Source: Novosphingobium sp. (lineage in GTDB: Bacteria; Pseudomonadota; Alphaproteobacteria; Sphingomonadales; Sphingomonadaceae). From it: DNA of 64,000 nucleotides. The DNA lies in the NCBI GenBank assembly GCA_041909515.1, contig JAYRDH010000008.1, forward strand, positions 905-64,904. The letters are read 5' to 3'. The notes below the pieces were generated by a model. It made no database searches. It worked only from the letters and a program-made list of their open reading frames with translations, and was not told where the DNA came from. Shown piece by piece: positions 27,163 to 36,140 of the stretch. Position numbers and translations under genes: made by a program. Positions within the stretch are counted from its first letter, which is position 1. Every line of letters starts with the position of its first letter.

Positions 27163-28236
27163 ATGAACCGCACGATCGCATGGGCTGTGCTGCTCGCCGC
27201 TGGCGGGGTGATTCTTTCGCCCGCCGCGCTGGCCGATACCAAGGCCGGGGTCGATGCCTGGACACGCGGCGATTTCGCCACGGCCGTCAGGGAATGGCAG
27301 GATGGCGCCGCGCGCGACGATGCCGACGCGCAGTTCAACCTGGGCCAGGCCTATAAACTGGGCCGTGGCGTGAAGCAGGATCTGGCGCAGGCAGAGGACT
27401 ATTTCAGCAAGGCCGCTGCCGCCGGGCATATGCAGGCCTCCGACAATTATGGCCTGCTGCTGTTCCAGCGGGGAGAGCGCAAGCAGGCCCTGCCCTTTAT
27501 CCGGGCGGCGGCGGACCGGGGCGATCCGCGCTCACAATACCTGCTCGGCATCGCGCACTTCAATGGCGACATCGTGCCCAAGGACTGGATTCGCGCCTAT
27601 GCGCTGGTCAGTCTGGCGCAGCAATCCGGGCTGGAACAGGCGCGCACCGCGCTGATCCAGATGGATCGACACGTCCCGCTGGAGCAGCGCCAGCAGGCCA
27701 CGATCCTGTCGGCCGAACTGCAAAGCCAGGCCGATGCCACCCGCGCGCGCCAGCTGGCAGCGGCAGACCTTGGCAACACGCTGCCTGCGGCCGCCGACGC
27801 GCCTTCGCCCGTACCAGGGCGGGCCGCCGCGACCAATGCCGTGGCGGATGCGGCCAGCGTTGCCGGCGCCGACAGCCCCGCCACCGCCGGTGCGGACTAT
27901 GCCCGCCCCGCAGCCGCGCCCGCCGTGGCGACGGTCCGCCCGGTTGCGGCAAAACCCACCGCCCCCAGGCCCGCGCCCGCGCGGCCCGCTGCCACAGCCA
28001 CAACCGGCGGGCCGTGGCGCGTCCAGCTTGGCGCATTCGGCGTGGCCGCCAATGCCGATGCCCTGTGGGCGCGCCTGCGCCCGCGGCCCGAACTGGCCGG
28101 GCATCCGCGCATCAACGTCACTGCCGGGGCCGTGACCAAGCTGCAGGCTGGCGGCTTCGCCAGCGAAGCCGATGCCCGCGCGGCCTGCGTAAAACTGGTC
28201 GCGGGCGGATTTACCTGCATTCCCGCGCGGAACTGA
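27163..28236 (+). CDS. Exported Sel1-repeat + SPOR-domain protein
   Basis: Signal peptide ALA-DT; Sel1 repeats (DADAQFNLGQAYKLGRGVKQDLAQA, DPRSQYLLGIAHFNGD..PKDWIRAY); SPOR motif WRVQLGAFG...AC..L...GFTC. Confidence 0.9.
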   Translation: MNRTIAWAVLLAAGGVILSPAALADTKAGVDAWTRGDFATAVREWQDGAARDDADAQFNLGQAYKLGRGVKQDLAQAEDYFSKAAAAGHMQASDNYGLLLFQRGERKQALPFIRAAADRGDPRSQYLLGIAHFNGDIVPKDWIRAYALVSLAQQSGLEQARTALIQMDRHVPLEQRQQATILSAELQSQADATRARQLAAADLGNTLPAAADAPSPVPGRAAATNAVADAASVAGADSPATAGADYARPAAAPAVATVRPVAAKPTAPRPAPARPAATATTGGPWRVQLGAFGVAANADALWARLRPRPELAGHPRINVTAGAVTKLQAGGFASEADARAACVKLVAGGFTCIPARN

Positions 28237-28297
28237 CGGCCCGGAACTGACGGCCCGGAACTGGCGGCCCGGAACTGGCGGCCCGGAACTGGCGGTC
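28228..28297 (+). repeat. Tandem repeat, 5 x 14 bp cggaactg(a/g)cgg(c/t)c
   Basis: Units at 28228, 28242, 28256, 28270, 28284; the first unit contains the stop codon of the Sel1/SPOR gene. Confidence 0.95.
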
Positions 28298-28306
28298 GAT
28301 TGCTAT

Positions 28307-28321
28307 TGCGATCAATTCGCA
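28307..28321. promoter_or_regulatory. Fur-alpha/iron-response-like box upstream of bfd-bfr
   Basis: TGCGA-TCAAT-TCGCA inverted repeat 32 nt before the bfd ATG. Confidence 0.65.
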
Positions 28322-28353
28322 TTATATAGATGCGACTCCACGGGAGAGCCGCG

Positions 28354-28548
28354 ATGTACATCTGCGTCTGCAATGCCATTCGTGACACCGACCTGCGCCA
28401 GGCCGCACGCCGGCATCCGGGTGATGCCGATGCGGTCTATGCCTGCCTGGGCAAGACCCCGCAGTGCGGCCAATGCCTGGACGACGCCGCTGAAATCCTG
28501 ATCGAGGAGCGCGAACGCGCAGCGTGCGGCCAACTCGCCCACGCTTGA
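28354..28548 (+). CDS. bfd: Bacterioferritin-associated ferredoxin
   Basis: MYICVCNAI...PQCGQC; directly upstream of bfr. Confidence 0.92.
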   Translation: MYICVCNAIRDTDLRQAARRHPGDADAVYACLGKTPQCGQCLDDAAEILIEERERAACGQLAHA

Positions 28549-28614
28549 TCCGCCCCTTGTCCTCCCCGCTTTGCGGGACCATACTGGGCCACCAGCCGCG
28601 CACAGGAGCTTGCC

Positions 28615-29094
28615 ATGAAGGGTGACCCGAAAGTCATCGAATTCCTCAACAAGGCGCTGCAGAACGAGCTGACCGCCGTCAACCAGTACTGGCTGCACTA
28701 TCGCATGCTCGACAACTGGGGCGTGACGAAGCTCGCCGCGCACGAGCGCCACGAATCGATCGACGAGATGAAGCACGCCGACCAGCTGGCGGCGCGCATC
28801 CTGTTTCTGGGCGGGTTGCCCAATTTCCAGTCGATGGGGCGGCTGCGGATTGGTGAGACGGTCGAAGAAATCCTGAAGGCCGACCTGGCGCTGGAACACG
28901 ATGCCCTGCCCCTGCTGCAAGCGGCGATCGCCCATTGCGAGGCGGTGCGCGACTATGTCAGCCGCGACCTGTTCGGCGCGATCCTCGCCAGCGAGGAAGA
29001 GCACGTCGACATGCTGGAAACCCAGTTCGAGATGATCGAGCGGATGGGCCTGCAGAACTACATCCAGCTCAACAGCGCCCCGCCGGAGGACTGA
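28615..29094 (+). CDS. bfr: Bacterioferritin
   Basis: MKGDPKVIEFLN, ELTAVNQYWLH, ESIDEMKHAD, EEEHVD. Confidence 0.98.
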   Translation: MKGDPKVIEFLNKALQNELTAVNQYWLHYRMLDNWGVTKLAAHERHESIDEMKHADQLAARILFLGGLPNFQSMGRLRIGETVEEILKADLALEHDALPLLQAAIAHCEAVRDYVSRDLFGAILASEEEHVDMLETQFEMIERMGLQNYIQLNSAPPED

Positions 29095-29100
29095 TCCCGC

Positions 29101-30489
29101 CTACTTCTTGGTGGCGTAGGGGTTCTTCGCGGTGCGCAAGGTCAACCGCACCGGTACAGCATCAAACCCCAGCTCGCGGCGGATGCCGTTCACCAGATAG
29201 CGCTGATAGCTGGTCGGCAACTCGTCCAGCCGGGTGCCGAACAGCACGAAGCCGGGCGGGCGGGTCTTGGCCTGGGTGATATAGCGCAGCTTGATCCGCT
29301 TGCCGCCGGGCGCGGGCGGCGGGTTCTTGGCCAGTGCATCGTCGAACCAGCGATTGAGCGCCGAGGTCGGCACGCGCTTTGACCAGGCGGCGCGCAAATC
29401 GAACGCGGCCTTGATCAACTCGTCCAGCCCCTTGCCGGTCCGGGCCGAAACCGCCAGCAGCGGCAGGCCTTTGACCTGTGCCAGACCTTCGTCCAGCGCG
29501 GCGCGCACGCCGTTGTACAGGCCCGATGCCCCTTCGGCGACGTCCCACTTGTTGATCGCGATGATCAGCGCGCGGCCTTCCTCCAGCACCATCGAGGCGA
29601 TCTTCAGGTCCTGATGCTCCAGCCCGCGCGTGGCATCCAGCAGCAGCACGACCACTTCGGCAAAATCGATCGCGTGGCGCGCATCGGCCACGGCCATCTT
29701 TTCCAGCTTGTCGATCACTTGCGCCTTCTTGCGCATCCCCGCCGTGTCGATCAGCCGAACCGGGCGTCCCTCACCCGTTGCCGGATCGGTCCAGGTCCAA
29801 TCAACCGCGATCGAATCGCGCGTGATCCCGGCTTCTGGCCCGGTCAGCAGCCGGTCCTCGCGCAGCATGGCGTTGATCAGGGTGGACTTGCCCGCGTTCG
29901 GCCGTCCGACAATCGCCAGCTTGAGCGGCGTGGACAGATCATGCTCTTCGCCGTCCCCGTCCGTTTCGAACGGCTCGAATTCGGGCTGCTTGTCATCCAG
30001 GTGCGGCAACAGCGCTTCGAACAGGTCGGCCATGCCTTGCCCGTGTTCGGCCGACAGCGGCACCGGATCGCCAAAGCCCAGGGCATAGGATTCGAACAGG
30101 CCATGGTCGCCCGCCTTGCCCTCGGCCTTGTTGGCGACCACCACGATCGGCACGGTGGACTGGTGCAGGTAACGGGCGATTTCCTCGTCCAGCGGGGTCA
30201 GCCCGGCGCGCGCGTCGATCACGAACAGCGCAACGTCCGCCCCCTGCAAGGCCGCCTCGGTCTGCTGGCGCATCCGGCCCGGCAGGCTGGCTTCGTCCTC
30301 GTCCTCCCAGCCGGCGGTGTCGACGATGGTGAAATCGAGGCCCAGCAAGTGCGCCTCGCCAAAGCGGCGATCGCGGGTTACCCCCGGCTGATCGTCCACC
30401 AGGGCGAGTTTCTTGCCCACGAGGCGGTTGAACAGCGTGGATTTGCCCACATTCGGGCGACCTATAATGATAACTTGGGGCAATGCCAT
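29101..30489 (-). CDS. der: Ribosome biogenesis GTPase Der (EngA)
   Basis: Two GTPase domains (GRPNVGKST, DTAG, NKAE; GRPNAGKST, DTAG, NKWD) plus KH-like C-terminus. Confidence 0.98.
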   Translation of the reverse strand: MALPQVIIIGRPNVGKSTLFNRLVGKKLALVDDQPGVTRDRRFGEAHLLGLDFTIVDTAGWEDEDEASLPGRMRQQTEAALQGADVALFVIDARAGLTPLDEEIARYLHQSTVPIVVVANKAEGKAGDHGLFESYALGFGDPVPLSAEHGQGMADLFEALLPHLDDKQPEFEPFETDGDGEEHDLSTPLKLAIVGRPNAGKSTLINAMLREDRLLTGPEAGITRDSIAVDWTWTDPATGEGRPVRLIDTAGMRKKAQVIDKLEKMAVADARHAIDFAEVVVLLLDATRGLEHQDLKIASMVLEEGRALIIAINKWDVAEGASGLYNGVRAALDEGLAQVKGLPLLAVSARTGKGLDELIKAAFDLRAAWSKRVPTSALNRWFDDALAKNPPPAPGGKRIKLRYITQAKTRPPGFVLFGTRLDELPTSYQRYLVNGIRRELGFDAVPVRLTLRTAKNPYATKK

Positions 30490-30613
30490 GCGTCGCACCT
30501 GACCGCACCGGCAGCAATTTGCAAGGATTTGCAGCACCGGCGGCAAAAGGTTGCCGCTTTGTTTACCAAACCCCGCAGGTTGCCCCTAACCTTGTCCTGC
30601 CATTACCGTTGGC

Positions 30614-31231
30614 ATGACGGGAAGATTTCTGCTTGCGACCGGACTGGCCATAACCGCGCTGTCAGCGCCGGTTTCCGCCGTATCGGTCGGGTTCGATGAC
30701 AGCCGGATCGTGTCAGGCGGCGGCAGCAGCCAGTTGCCGCCTTACCTGCAATGTGTGCCTTATGCGCGGCAGGTATCGGGGATCATGATTTTCGGCGATG
30801 CGCACACCTGGTGGGACCAGGCCGAGGGCCGCTATGCCCGCGGTTACCGACCAAAAGTCGGCGCGGTCATGGCGTTTCGCCCCCACGGCAATTCGCGCCT
30901 GGGCCATGTCGCCGCCGTCAGCAAGATCGTCGATTCGCGCGCCGTGCTGATCCGGCACGCCAACTGGAGCCCGATCAACGGGCGGCGCGGGCAGATCGAA
31001 AACGATGTGAAAGTGGTGGACGTATCGCCCGATAACGACTGGTCCGCCGTGCGCGTCTGGTACGCGCCGCTGGGCCAGCTGGGCGGCACGCACTGGCCGG
31101 TCGAAGGGTTCATCTATCCGGGCAAGGCGAAAAAGTCCGACCGCCTGCCCGTGCGCAACGTGACGATTGCCGCCGCCCCGCGCAGCAGCGATCCGATTGC
31201 GGACATCATCCGCCAGAAACTGGGTTTCTGA
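30614..31231 (+). CDS. Exported CHAP-domain protein (peptidoglycan hydrolase family)
   Basis: Signal peptide; LQCVPYAR (catalytic Cys), GHVAAV (His), HANW. Confidence 0.9.
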   Translation: MTGRFLLATGLAITALSAPVSAVSVGFDDSRIVSGGGSSQLPPYLQCVPYARQVSGIMIFGDAHTWWDQAEGRYARGYRPKVGAVMAFRPHGNSRLGHVAAVSKIVDSRAVLIRHANWSPINGRRGQIENDVKVVDVSPDNDWSAVRVWYAPLGQLGGTHWPVEGFIYPGKAKKSDRLPVRNVTIAAAPRSSDPIADIIRQKLGF

Positions 31232-31277
31232 GGTCCCGCCGGGCGGACCCGGCGGGAGAAATCAGTCCATCAGGCCA

Positions 31278-31589
31278 TCAGGCCTTGGCGACAGGGGCGC
31301 CTTCGCCCAGGTCTTCGTACCAGGCTTCGACCGGGCCGGTCAGCTTGATGGTCAGCGGCTGGCCCTTGCGGTCCATCGTCTTGCCCGCCTGCACCCGCAC
31401 CCAGCCTTCGGAAATGCAATATTCCTCGACATTGGTGCGCACCACGCCCTTGAAGCGGATGCCGATGCCGCGCTGCAGCTTGTCAGCATCGAAAAATTCG
31501 CTGCGCGGGTTGATCGCCAGGCGGTCGGGCGGAACATCGGGACCGGTGGATGCGGCCGGTGCTTCAGGGGGAGTGGTTTCTTCAGTCAT
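31278..31589 (-). CDS. DUF3297-family small protein
   Basis: PPDRLAINPRS...GIGIRFKG..RTNVEEYCISEGWVRV...KLTGPVEAW. Confidence 0.8.
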   Translation of the reverse strand: MTEETTPPEAPAASTGPDVPPDRLAINPRSEFFDADKLQRGIGIRFKGVVRTNVEEYCISEGWVRVQAGKTMDRKGQPLTIKLTGPVEAWYEDLGEGAPVAKA

Positions 31590-31667
31590 GAAAAGCGCCT
31601 CTAGATGTTGATCGGCGCTTGTCAATTCGCGCGCGCCTGTCTAAGGGCGCGCTTCGCGATCGGAAGT

Positions 31668-31742
31668 GGGCGCGTAGCTCAGTGGTAGAGCACACCCTTC
31701 ACACGGGTGGGGTCGCAGGTTCAATCCCTGCCGCGCCCACCA
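31668..31742 (+). tRNA. tRNA-Val (anticodon CAC)
   Basis: GGGCGCGTAGCTCAGTGGTAGAGCA-CACCC-TTCACAC-GGGTG...GGTTCAATCC, encoded CCA; 75 nt. Confidence 0.97.
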
Positions 31743-31798
31743 CTTCCTTCTCCCTCACATGGTTGAAACCCGGCCCCCAAGCGGGCATAGGCCGCGCC

Positions 31799-33076
31799 AT
31801 GCATGATATTCGCCAGATCCGGGACAATCCCGCCGCTTTTGACGCCGCCCTCGCCCGCCGTGGGGTAGAACCGGTTTCGGCTGACATTCTGGCGCTTGAT
31901 ACCCAGCGCCGCGCGGTCGCCACGCAGATGCAGGAGGCGCAAAGCCGCCGCAACGACGCCTCCAAGGCAATCGGCGCCGCGATGGGGCGCGGTGACAGGG
32001 ACGAGGCGGAACGGCTGAAGGCCGAAGTCGCCGCGCTGAAGGACACCCTGCCCGCACTGGAAGCCGATGACCGCGATCTGCTGGCCCGGCTGAACGACGC
32101 GCTGGCACGCCACCCCAACCTGCCCGACGCGGCAGTGCCGGATGGCGAGGATGAGACGCAGAACGTCGAAGTCAGCCGCTGGGGCACCCCGCGCGAGTTT
32201 GACTTCACCCCGCAGGAACACGCCGACATCGGCCCGGCGCTGGGGCTGGATTTTGAAACGGGCGCGAAGATTTCGGGCGCACGTTTTACCTTCCTGCGCG
32301 GGCAGATGGCGCGGTTGCAGCGCGCGCTGGGCCAGTTCATGCTGGATCACCAGACGGCCACCAACGGCTTCACCGAATGCGCCACGCCGCTGCTGGTCAA
32401 GGACGATGCGGTGTTCGGCACCGGCCAACTGCCCAAGTTTGCCGAAGACCTGTTCCAGACCACCGATGGCCGCTGGCTGATCCCGACTGCCGAGGTCTCC
32501 CTCACCAATTCGGTGCGCGAGCAGATCATGGCCGAAGCGGAGCTGCCGCTGCGGCTGACCGCGCTCACCCCCTGCTTCCGCAGCGAAGCAGGGGCGGCGG
32601 GCAAGGATACGCGCGGCTATATCCGCCAGCACCAGTTCGAGAAGGTCGAGTTGGTCACCATCTGCAGGCCGGACGACAGCGCCGCCGAGCATGAGCGAAT
32701 GACGGCGGCGGCCGAATCGATCCTGAAGGCGTTGGACCTGCCCTATCGCAAGGTCATCCTCTGTGCGGGCGACATGGGCTTTACCGCCCGCAAGACCTAT
32801 GACCTCGAAGTCTGGCTGCCGGGGCAAGGCGCCTACCGCGAGATTTCGAGCATTTCCAACTGCGGCGATTTTCAGGCGCGGCGGATGAACGCGCGCTATC
32901 GTCCCGACGGCGCGAAGGGGACGGAATTCGTCCACACGCTCAACGGATCGGGCCTCGCCGTGGGCCGCACGCTGGTGGCGGTGCTGGAAAACTATCAGAA
33001 CGCCGACGGATCGGTCACCGTCCCCGCCGCGCTGCGCCCCTACATGGGCGGGATCGACAAGCTGGAGCCGGCCTGA
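31799..33076 (+). CDS. serS: Seryl-tRNA synthetase
   Basis: N-terminal coiled coil, [55 protein letters not shown]. Confidence 0.99.
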   Translation: MHDIRQIRDNPAAFDAALARRGVEPVSADILALDTQRRAVATQMQEAQSRRNDASKAIGAAMGRGDRDEAERLKAEVAALKDTLPALEADDRDLLARLNDALARHPNLPDAAVPDGEDETQNVEVSRWGTPREFDFTPQEHADIGPALGLDFETGAKISGARFTFLRGQMARLQRALGQFMLDHQTATNGFTECATPLLVKDDAVFGTGQLPKFAEDLFQTTDGRWLIPTAEVSLTNSVREQIMAEAELPLRLTALTPCFRSEAGAAGKDTRGYIRQHQFEKVELVTICRPDDSAAEHERMTAAAESILKALDLPYRKVILCAGDMGFTARKTYDLEVWLPGQGAYREISSISNCGDFQARRMNARYRPDGAKGTEFVHTLNGSGLAVGRTLVAVLENYQNADGSVTVPAALRPYMGGIDKLEPA

Positions 33077-33837
33077 TGCGCATTCTGCTCACCAACGACG
33101 ACGGCATCTTCGCCCCCGGCCTGACTGTGCTGGAGCGGATCGCGGCGCGCTTTTCGGACGACATCTGGATCTGCGCCCCGGCCGAGGAACAGTCCGGCGC
33201 GGGCCATTCGCTGACCCTGTCGCGCCCGGTGCGGCTGCGCCAACACGATGCGCGGCGCTTTTCCGTATCCGGCACGCCGACCGATTCGGTGATGATGGCG
33301 CTGCGCGAGGTCATGCCCGGCGCGCCCGACCTGATCCTGTCCGGTGTCAATCGCGGCGCCAATCTGGGCGATGACGTGACCTATTCCGGCACCGTTTCCG
33401 CCGCGATCGAAGGCGCGCTGGCAGGCATCCGCTCGATCGCGTTGAGCCAGGTCTATGCCCAGGAAGGCATGGGTGACACCGTCCCCTTCGCCGCTGCCGA
33501 GGCATGGGGCGAGAAGGTGATCGAACCGCTGCTGGGCGTGCCCTTTGCCGAACGCACGTTGGTCAATGTCAACTTCCCGGCCATCGCCCCGGAAGAAGTC
33601 AAGGGCATTCGCGTGGTTCGGCAGGGATTTCATGACTATGCGCGCGGATCGGTGGTTGAAGGAACCGATCCAAGGGGATACCGTTACTTCTGGTTCGGGC
33701 TGCACGGGATTGAACACACCCCCGGTCACGCCACTGACCTTGAAGCAATTCAGGATGGCTATGTGTCCGTGACCCCGCTGCAACTCGACCTGACGCACGA
33801 CGCATCGCTGGCCGCAATGGCAGAGCGGTTCGCCTGA
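33076..33837 (+). CDS. surE: 5'/3'-nucleotidase SurE
   Basis: ILLTNDDGI, QSGAGHS, GTPTDSV, SGVNRGANLG, YSGTV. Confidence 0.98.
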   Translation: MRILLTNDDGIFAPGLTVLERIAARFSDDIWICAPAEEQSGAGHSLTLSRPVRLRQHDARRFSVSGTPTDSVMMALREVMPGAPDLILSGVNRGANLGDDVTYSGTVSAAIEGALAGIRSIALSQVYAQEGMGDTVPFAAAEAWGEKVIEPLLGVPFAERTLVNVNFPAIAPEEVKGIRVVRQGFHDYARGSVVEGTDPRGYRYFWFGLHGIEHTPGHATDLEAIQDGYVSVTPLQLDLTHDASLAAMAERFA

Positions 33838-34694
33838 TGCGCCGCGCGGCGCTCCTCGCCGGGGTCGTCGCGCTGTGGCTGGGCGCGCCGGTGGCCGCGC
33901 AATCCTCTGCGGAAGGCCGGGCCGACGATCTGAAGACCGTGACCGAATACGTGGTGAAGCCCGGTGAAACGCTGGGCGGCATTGCCAACCGGGTGGAAGT
34001 GCCGCGCCTGCTGATTATCGAGGCGAACGGGCTGAAGGCGCCCTATCTGGTGCGCGCCGGGCAAAAGCTGGTGATCCCGCGCCGCCGCACCCACACGGTG
34101 AAGGACGGCGAAACCGGGTTTGGCATTGCGCTGGATTACGGCGTGCCATGGTCGACTATCGCGGCGGCCAACAGCCTTGATCCCAAGGCCCCGGTCAAGG
34201 CCGGGCAAAAGCTGGCGATCCCGACGCTGGCCAAGGGCGTCCCCACCCCCGCCCCGACGGCCAGCACCGTCGCCGCGCCCGAACCTGCCGCCAAGCTGCC
34301 GCCCGATACCAAGGCCCCGCGCTTCGTCTGGCCCCACGCGGGCAAAGTCCGGCGCGACTTTGCCCCGCGCGGCAAGTCCGGCTGGCACGACGGGATCGAC
34401 CTCACCGCCCGCAAGGGCGATGCCGTGCGCGCCGCCGCTGCGGGCAAGGTGATCTTTGCCGGGCAGGGGCCAAAGGAATACGGGCTGACAGTGATCGTCC
34501 ACCACACCGGCCGCTGGACCACCACCTATTCCTTTCTGGACAAGGTGACGGTGAAGGATGGCGAGACGGTGAAGCAGGGCGAACGGATCGGCCTGGCCGG
34601 GGACACGGGCCTCGCCACCTCCCCGCAGGTTCACTTCGAAGTGCGCCGCAACCGCGCAGCGCTGGACCCGGTGGACTATCTGCCCGCGCGATGA
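33837..34694 (+). CDS. Exported 2xLysM + M23/LytM protein (NlpD/DipM-like)
   Basis: Signal peptide, LysM repeats YVVKPGETLGGIA and HTVKDGETGFGIA, M23 domain HDGIDL...PQVHFEVR. Confidence 0.92.
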   Translation: MRRAALLAGVVALWLGAPVAAQSSAEGRADDLKTVTEYVVKPGETLGGIANRVEVPRLLIIEANGLKAPYLVRAGQKLVIPRRRTHTVKDGETGFGIALDYGVPWSTIAAANSLDPKAPVKAGQKLAIPTLAKGVPTPAPTASTVAAPEPAAKLPPDTKAPRFVWPHAGKVRRDFAPRGKSGWHDGIDLTARKGDAVRAAAAGKVIFAGQGPKEYGLTVIVHHTGRWTTTYSFLDKVTVKDGETVKQGERIGLAGDTGLATSPQVHFEVRRNRAALDPVDYLPAR

Positions 34695-35719
34695 GCCGCC
34701 GCCCGCGTGTCACTCCGTTCCGCCCGCTGCGGCGGCAGATCCGGATGCCGGTCTGGGCCGATGCCGGTCTGCGGCTGGCGGCGGCGTTCGGCCTCGTGTT
34801 CCTGGTGGTGATGATCCACTGGCTGGACCGTGATGGCCTGAAAGACGGATACGATGGCCACATCACGTTCCTGGATGTCGTCTATTTCACGATGATTTCC
34901 ATCACCACTACCGGCTTTGGCGATATTGCCCCGGTCAGCGACCGCGCCCGCCTGATCGAGGCGGTGATTGTCACCCCGATCCGGCTGGCGGTGCTCTTCA
35001 TCTTCGTCGGCACGGCCTATAACTTCATCATCAAGCGCACCTGGGAGAATTGGCGAATGCGGCGGATTCAGGAGCGGCTGACCGGCCATGTCGTGGTGCT
35101 GGGCTTTGGCATCAGCGGATCGCAGGCCGTGGGCGAGCTGATCGAGCGCGGGACCGATCCCGGCACGATCGTCGTGATGGACGGCAGCGCGGAACGCCTG
35201 GCCGAAGCCGAAGCGATGGGCTGCAACGTGATCCAGGACGACGCCAGCCGCGACGAAGCGCTGAAAGCCGTGCGGATTGACCGCGCCGGCTCTGTGCTGG
35301 TGTCCGCCGGGCGCGACGATACCTCGATCCTGATCGTGCTGACGGTGCGCCACCTGGCCCCCAATGTCCCGATCAGCGTGGTCGTGCGCAACGAGGATAA
35401 CGAGATCCTGGCCCGGCAGGCCGGGGCCGACAACGTGATCAACCCGGTGCGCTTTACCGGGCTGCTGCTGGCCGGATCGGCACGGGGCAGCCACGTGGCG
35501 GATTATCTGGCCGACCTGGCAACCGCTTCGGGCAATGTGCAACTGGTGGAGCGCCCCGCCCTGCCGGAAGAAATCGGCCGGGGGCTGAATGATCTGCCGC
35601 ATTCGGTGCGCGGCCTGCGGATCAATCGCGGCGGGCGCGAAATCGGCTTCTGGGAAGCGGACGCCAGCCGGATCGAGGCGGGCGACGTGATCGTGGCGGT
35701 GGTGCCGACGGCGGGCTGA
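34691..35719 (+). CDS. Two-TM potassium channel with RCK (TrkA_N) domain
   Basis: YFTMISITTTGFGDIAP selectivity filter; HVVVLGFGISG Rossmann motif. Confidence 0.92.
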   Translation: MSRRPRVTPFRPLRRQIRMPVWADAGLRLAAAFGLVFLVVMIHWLDRDGLKDGYDGHITFLDVVYFTMISITTTGFGDIAPVSDRARLIEAVIVTPIRLAVLFIFVGTAYNFIIKRTWENWRMRRIQERLTGHVVVLGFGISGSQAVGELIERGTDPGTIVVMDGSAERLAEAEAMGCNVIQDDASRDEALKAVRIDRAGSVLVSAGRDDTSILIVLTVRHLAPNVPISVVVRNEDNEILARQAGADNVINPVRFTGLLLAGSARGSHVADYLADLATASGNVQLVERPALPEEIGRGLNDLPHSVRGLRINRGGREIGFWEADASRIEAGDVIVAVVPTAG

Positions 35720-35725
35720 CCCGCC

Positions 35726-36070
35726 CTACCCCAGCAGGAAGAACACGCCGCCCATCGCCAGATAGGCCAGCAAAAACGCCCCGCTGTCCTTCACCGTCTC
35801 CGCGCGCGGCGCGCCAGTGCGGGACTGGCTGATCCATAGCGCCGGGATCACGAAGGCCAGTGCCAGCCCGCCCGACTGCATGAAGTACAGCCACGGCTTG
35901 ACCGCCAGCGTCTCTGGCCCGATCCGGGCGAGCGCGTGGCCCAGCATCCCGGCGGACACCAGCATCCCGGCCACGGCAACCACCGGCGCGCTCCCGCGCC
36001 GCAGGGCGAGGACCAGACCTGCGGCAATCAAGGCCGCCGCCGCCACGCCCAGCCAGTTCATCGGACCCAT
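35726..36070 (-). CDS. Small integral membrane protein (DUF1761-like)
   Basis: [10 protein letters not shown] start, four hydrophobic segments, [13 protein letters not shown] end. Confidence 0.55.
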   Translation of the reverse strand: MGPMNWLGVAAAALIAAGLVLALRRGSAPVVAVAGMLVSAGMLGHALARIGPETLAVKPWLYFMQSGGLALAFVIPALWISQSRTGAPRAETVKDSGAFLLAYLAMGGVFFLLG

Positions 36071-36140
36071 TACGTCTGCTCCCGTGCCGTCAAACCACAA
36101 CAGTAGCGAACCGCCCGCAATCCGTGTAGGGGCCGCGCCC

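Noticed and set aside
28228-28297. Tandem array as a mini-CRISPR or as stacked ECF -35 (GGAAC) elements
   Set aside because: No spacers, 14-bp units and no cas genes; no CGTT-type -10 at 16-17 nt from any GGAAC.
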